DNA of 39,733 bases from a virus. Its lineage: Duplodnaviria > Caudoviricetes. Below are positions 37,741 through 39,733 of the stretch, one piece after another. Made by a program: the position numbers and the translations under genes. Below the pieces are notes generated by a model. The model made no database searches. It had not been told where the DNA came from and worked only from the letters and a program-made list of their open reading frames with translations. Location of the stretch: positions 1 to 39,733 of the IMG/VR virus record IMGVR_UViG_3300026488_000035; one strand, 5' to 3'. Numbering within the stretch: position 1 is the first letter of the stretch; every line of letters begins with the position of its first letter.

Positions 37741-38091
37741 TTACGCTCCTTGTCTTATTAATTTTGCTTTAATTAAAAGATATTCAAGTTCTTCTCTTAG
37801 CATTTTCAAAGCCCTTTTATCATCAATATTGCTAAAATCAAACACGCCTTCTTTGTCTTTAAGATAAATATCACTCATCTTTATCCCCAACTTTCTAATA
37901 AGTTTTGAGGTGAAAGTTTTTAAATCTTTTGTATTTAAGCAAGCTTTTACCCTGCTTTGAAACTCACTCTCAAATCCTATTCTATTATGGTCTTTTGGTG
38001 CAGCTGAATATAAAATATTCAAAATCGCCACCAACCTATCCTCTAAGTTCGCCAAATCTAAAACTTTTTGCTCCTCAAATAAATTTTCCAT
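37741..38091 (-). CDS. Cas11-like small subunit of the type IV-B complex
   Basis: 116 aa all-helical protein between csf1 and csf2. Confidence 0.6.
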   Translation of the reverse strand: MENLFEEQKVLDLANLEDRLVAILNILYSAAPKDHNRIGFESEFQSRVKACLNTKDLKTFTSKLIRKLGIKMSDIYLKDKEGVFDFSNIDDKRALKMLREELEYLLIKAKLIRQGA

Positions 38092-38097
38092 ATAAGC

Positions 38098-38214
38098 TCC
38101 TTTTTATTTTGGTCTAACTGCATATACAAGCATATTATACTCTAATGTATTTTTAACTTTTTCAAGTCTTTTTTTGATTGTGAAAAACTCTTCTATCCCA
38201 AATTCTATAACCTT
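38098..38214. repeat. 117-bp exact repeat covering the csf1 3' end
   Basis: Identical to 11-127 (=39617-39733). Confidence 0.9.
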
Positions 38215-38775
38215 TCTTGGATTTGGGTTTAGAGTTAAGATTTCTTCTTTTGTAAAAAAAGTTTTTGGATTTTTTTTGCTCTTCTCTTTTTCTGGTATAG
38301 AATAAAGATTTTGTATATCTTTAAAAACATTTTTCCATCTGTGAGGCTCAAAATAAAATCCTCCCTCATCTGTTTGTATCCAAAATTCCTCTTTATTAAA
38401 AGAAACTTTTCCCTTAAAAAACAAATGTTTTTTCTTTGAATAAGAAAGGTGAAAGAAAAATGGAGGCTCAATTTCTTTTGGAAAATTAAACAAAATATCA
38501 GCAAGTTCTAAGGCTGTAAACCTTAGAAATCCTTTTTCGTGAAAAATTGCAGACATTTTTCTAACTGAATTTTCTTTTCTATCTGTTAAAACAAATTCAC
38601 ACGCCTCGCAAACGCCTTCCCCTTTTTGTAGATAATCTAAATCTGTAAATGTATTTTTTATTACCTTTTTTAGATTTTTAGGTGCCGGAGATTTACAAAA
38701 AACACATTTAGTTTCTCCTTTAAAAAGGGGCTCTCTTTGCAATAAGGACTTATAAATTAAATGACTCGGATACAT
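38104..38775 (-). CDS. csf1: Type IV CRISPR-associated Cas8-like large subunit Csf1
   Basis: CVFC...FTDLDYL...CEAC zinc finger, PPF, KKH; AAGGAG RBS favours ATG 38775. Confidence 0.78.
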   Translation of the reverse strand: MYPSHLIYKSLLQREPLFKGETKCVFCKSPAPKNLKKVIKNTFTDLDYLQKGEGVCEACEFVLTDRKENSVRKMSAIFHEKGFLRFTALELADILFNFPKEIEPPFFFHLSYSKKKHLFFKGKVSFNKEEFWIQTDEGGFYFEPHRWKNVFKDIQNLYSIPEKEKSKKNPKTFFTKEEILTLNPNPRKVIEFGIEEFFTIKKRLEKVKNTLEYNMLVYAVRPK

Positions 38776-38795
38776 TTTCACTCCTTAAAAAATAT

Positions 38796-38914
38796 TTATA
38801 AAGAAAAGCTTAACTTAGTCTCTAAGATTTTAATTTGCTTTATAAAACCCCTCTTGTAGTAAGAAGAACAGGCAGTACTATCTTTCCCGCCTGAAATGCC
38901 TCTTCTCTTGTCAT
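38796..38914 (-). pseudogene. Frameshifted remnant of a second PP-loop/PAPS reductase-like gene
   Basis: ATG at 38914 with AAGGA RBS; alternate frame reads GISGGKDSTAC (motif 38874-38894), stop at 38796. Confidence 0.6.
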
Positions 38915-38964
38915 TTTGTTTTCCTTTATTAATTAAATTCAACTAGATAATTAAGTTTAACTAA

Positions 38965-39303
38965 TTAATCCCCCTCTTTATCAACTTCCAAAATGCCTTC
39001 ATCTTTAATCCACATAGTATTTTTTTCACACTTACATGGAACAAAAGTTGGGATTGTTTTTAAAGTGCTATTAGATGTTAAATATACACGATTATGGAAA
39101 CATTTGTAGGTCATACCATAGTCTTCTGCTGTAGATATTTTTTCAGAAAATGTGTTTTTAAAATAAAATACAATTTTGCTTCTAATATTACATTCAAAAT
39201 TTGAAATTTTTTCGTAACCAAAGTATTTTTTTTCTATTTTAAATAGCTCTTTACTCCATAAGTTTAAAGACAAAATTATAAGAAAAAGAATTTTAGTTTT
39301 CAT
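38965..39303 (-). CDS. Exported protein with signal peptide
   Basis: MKTKILFLIILSLNLWS; four Cys. Confidence 0.65.
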   Translation of the reverse strand: MKTKILFLIILSLNLWSKELFKIEKKYFGYEKISNFECNIRSKIVFYFKNTFSEKISTAEDYGMTYKCFHNRVYLTSNSTLKTIPTFVPCKCEKNTMWIKDEGILEVDKEGD

Positions 39304-39313
39304 TTTTACTCCT

Positions 39314-39475
39314 TTAAAATTTAATTTTTTTATTCCCCAAAAATTTTAATAAATCTTCCAACATCACTTTAAGCAAGAGATGGTCTCTCTTGCATTCTTC
39401 CTTAGTGCACTTGTCTTTTAATACTTCTTCAATGTGTTTAATAGCTTCTTTCACATCTTGGACAGAGTATTGCAT
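39314..39475 (-). CDS. Small hypothetical protein
   Basis: AAGGAG RBS before MQYSV; EAIKH...C...ECKRDH..L pattern. Confidence 0.6.
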   Translation of the reverse strand: MQYSVQDVKEAIKHIEEVLKDKCTKEECKRDHLLLKVMLEDLLKFLGNKKIKF

Positions 39476-39485
39476 CGCCACTCCT

Positions 39486-39611
39486 TTAATTAACATTCAC
39501 CGAGCAGTTTTTAAAACAATACATCGCACCAATTCTTGTGTCGTCTTCCACTATTCTTTTTTTTAATTTTATCTTTTGTAGTTTTTTCTGTTTTGTGTTT
39601 TGTTTAGTCAT
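39486..39611 (-). CDS. Small basic hypothetical protein (41 aa), not in the ORF track
   Basis: AAGGA RBS; CxxxC; fills the gap. Confidence 0.4.
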   Translation of the reverse strand: MTKQNTKQKKLQKIKLKKRIVEDDTRIGAMYCFKNCSVNVN

Positions 39612-39733
39612 TTTTATCCTTTTTATTTTGGTCTAACTGCATATACAAGCATATTATACTCTAATGTATTTTTAACTTTTTCAAGTCTTTTTTTGATTGT
39701 GAAAAACTCTTCTATCCCAAATTCTATAACCTT
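39607..39733. repeat. Terminal direct repeat, right copy
   Basis: Identical to 1-127. Confidence 0.95.

Noticed and set aside
38098-38214. Diversity-generating retroelement TR/VR pair targeting csf1
   Set aside because: Size and 3' position fit, but the copies are identical with no adenine-specific differences and no reverse transcriptase is encoded

Overview
An apparently complete, circularly permuted ~39.6 kb AT-rich siphovirus-type phage genome (bases 1-127 repeat at 39607-39733). The host is probably a Campylobacterota bacterium, inferred from the SSB sequence and TGnTATAAT-type promoters. Modules present: replication/recombination (initiator with internal iterons, split DnaB-like helicase, SSB, ERF, PD-(D/E)XK exonuclease, RusA, ThyX, MazG), an early accessory region with duplicated strong promoters and a family of intergenic RNA hairpins, a tRNA(CAT), lysis, tail, head and packaging genes. 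No integrase or CI repressor is recognisable. The standout is an array-less type IV-B CRISPR-Cas-like effector operon (csf1, cas11-like, csf2, cysH-like, csf3) running directly into a ParB-DNA methyltransferase fusion and the terminase genes. Upstream of it lie a decayed second PP-loop (SGGKDST) gene remnant and an exact 117-bp copy of the csf1 3' end. Also seen: an inverted portal/neck block with a shared bidirectional late-promoter motif, and a -1 tail-chaperone frameshift. All calls come from reading motifs by eye; no database searches were run.
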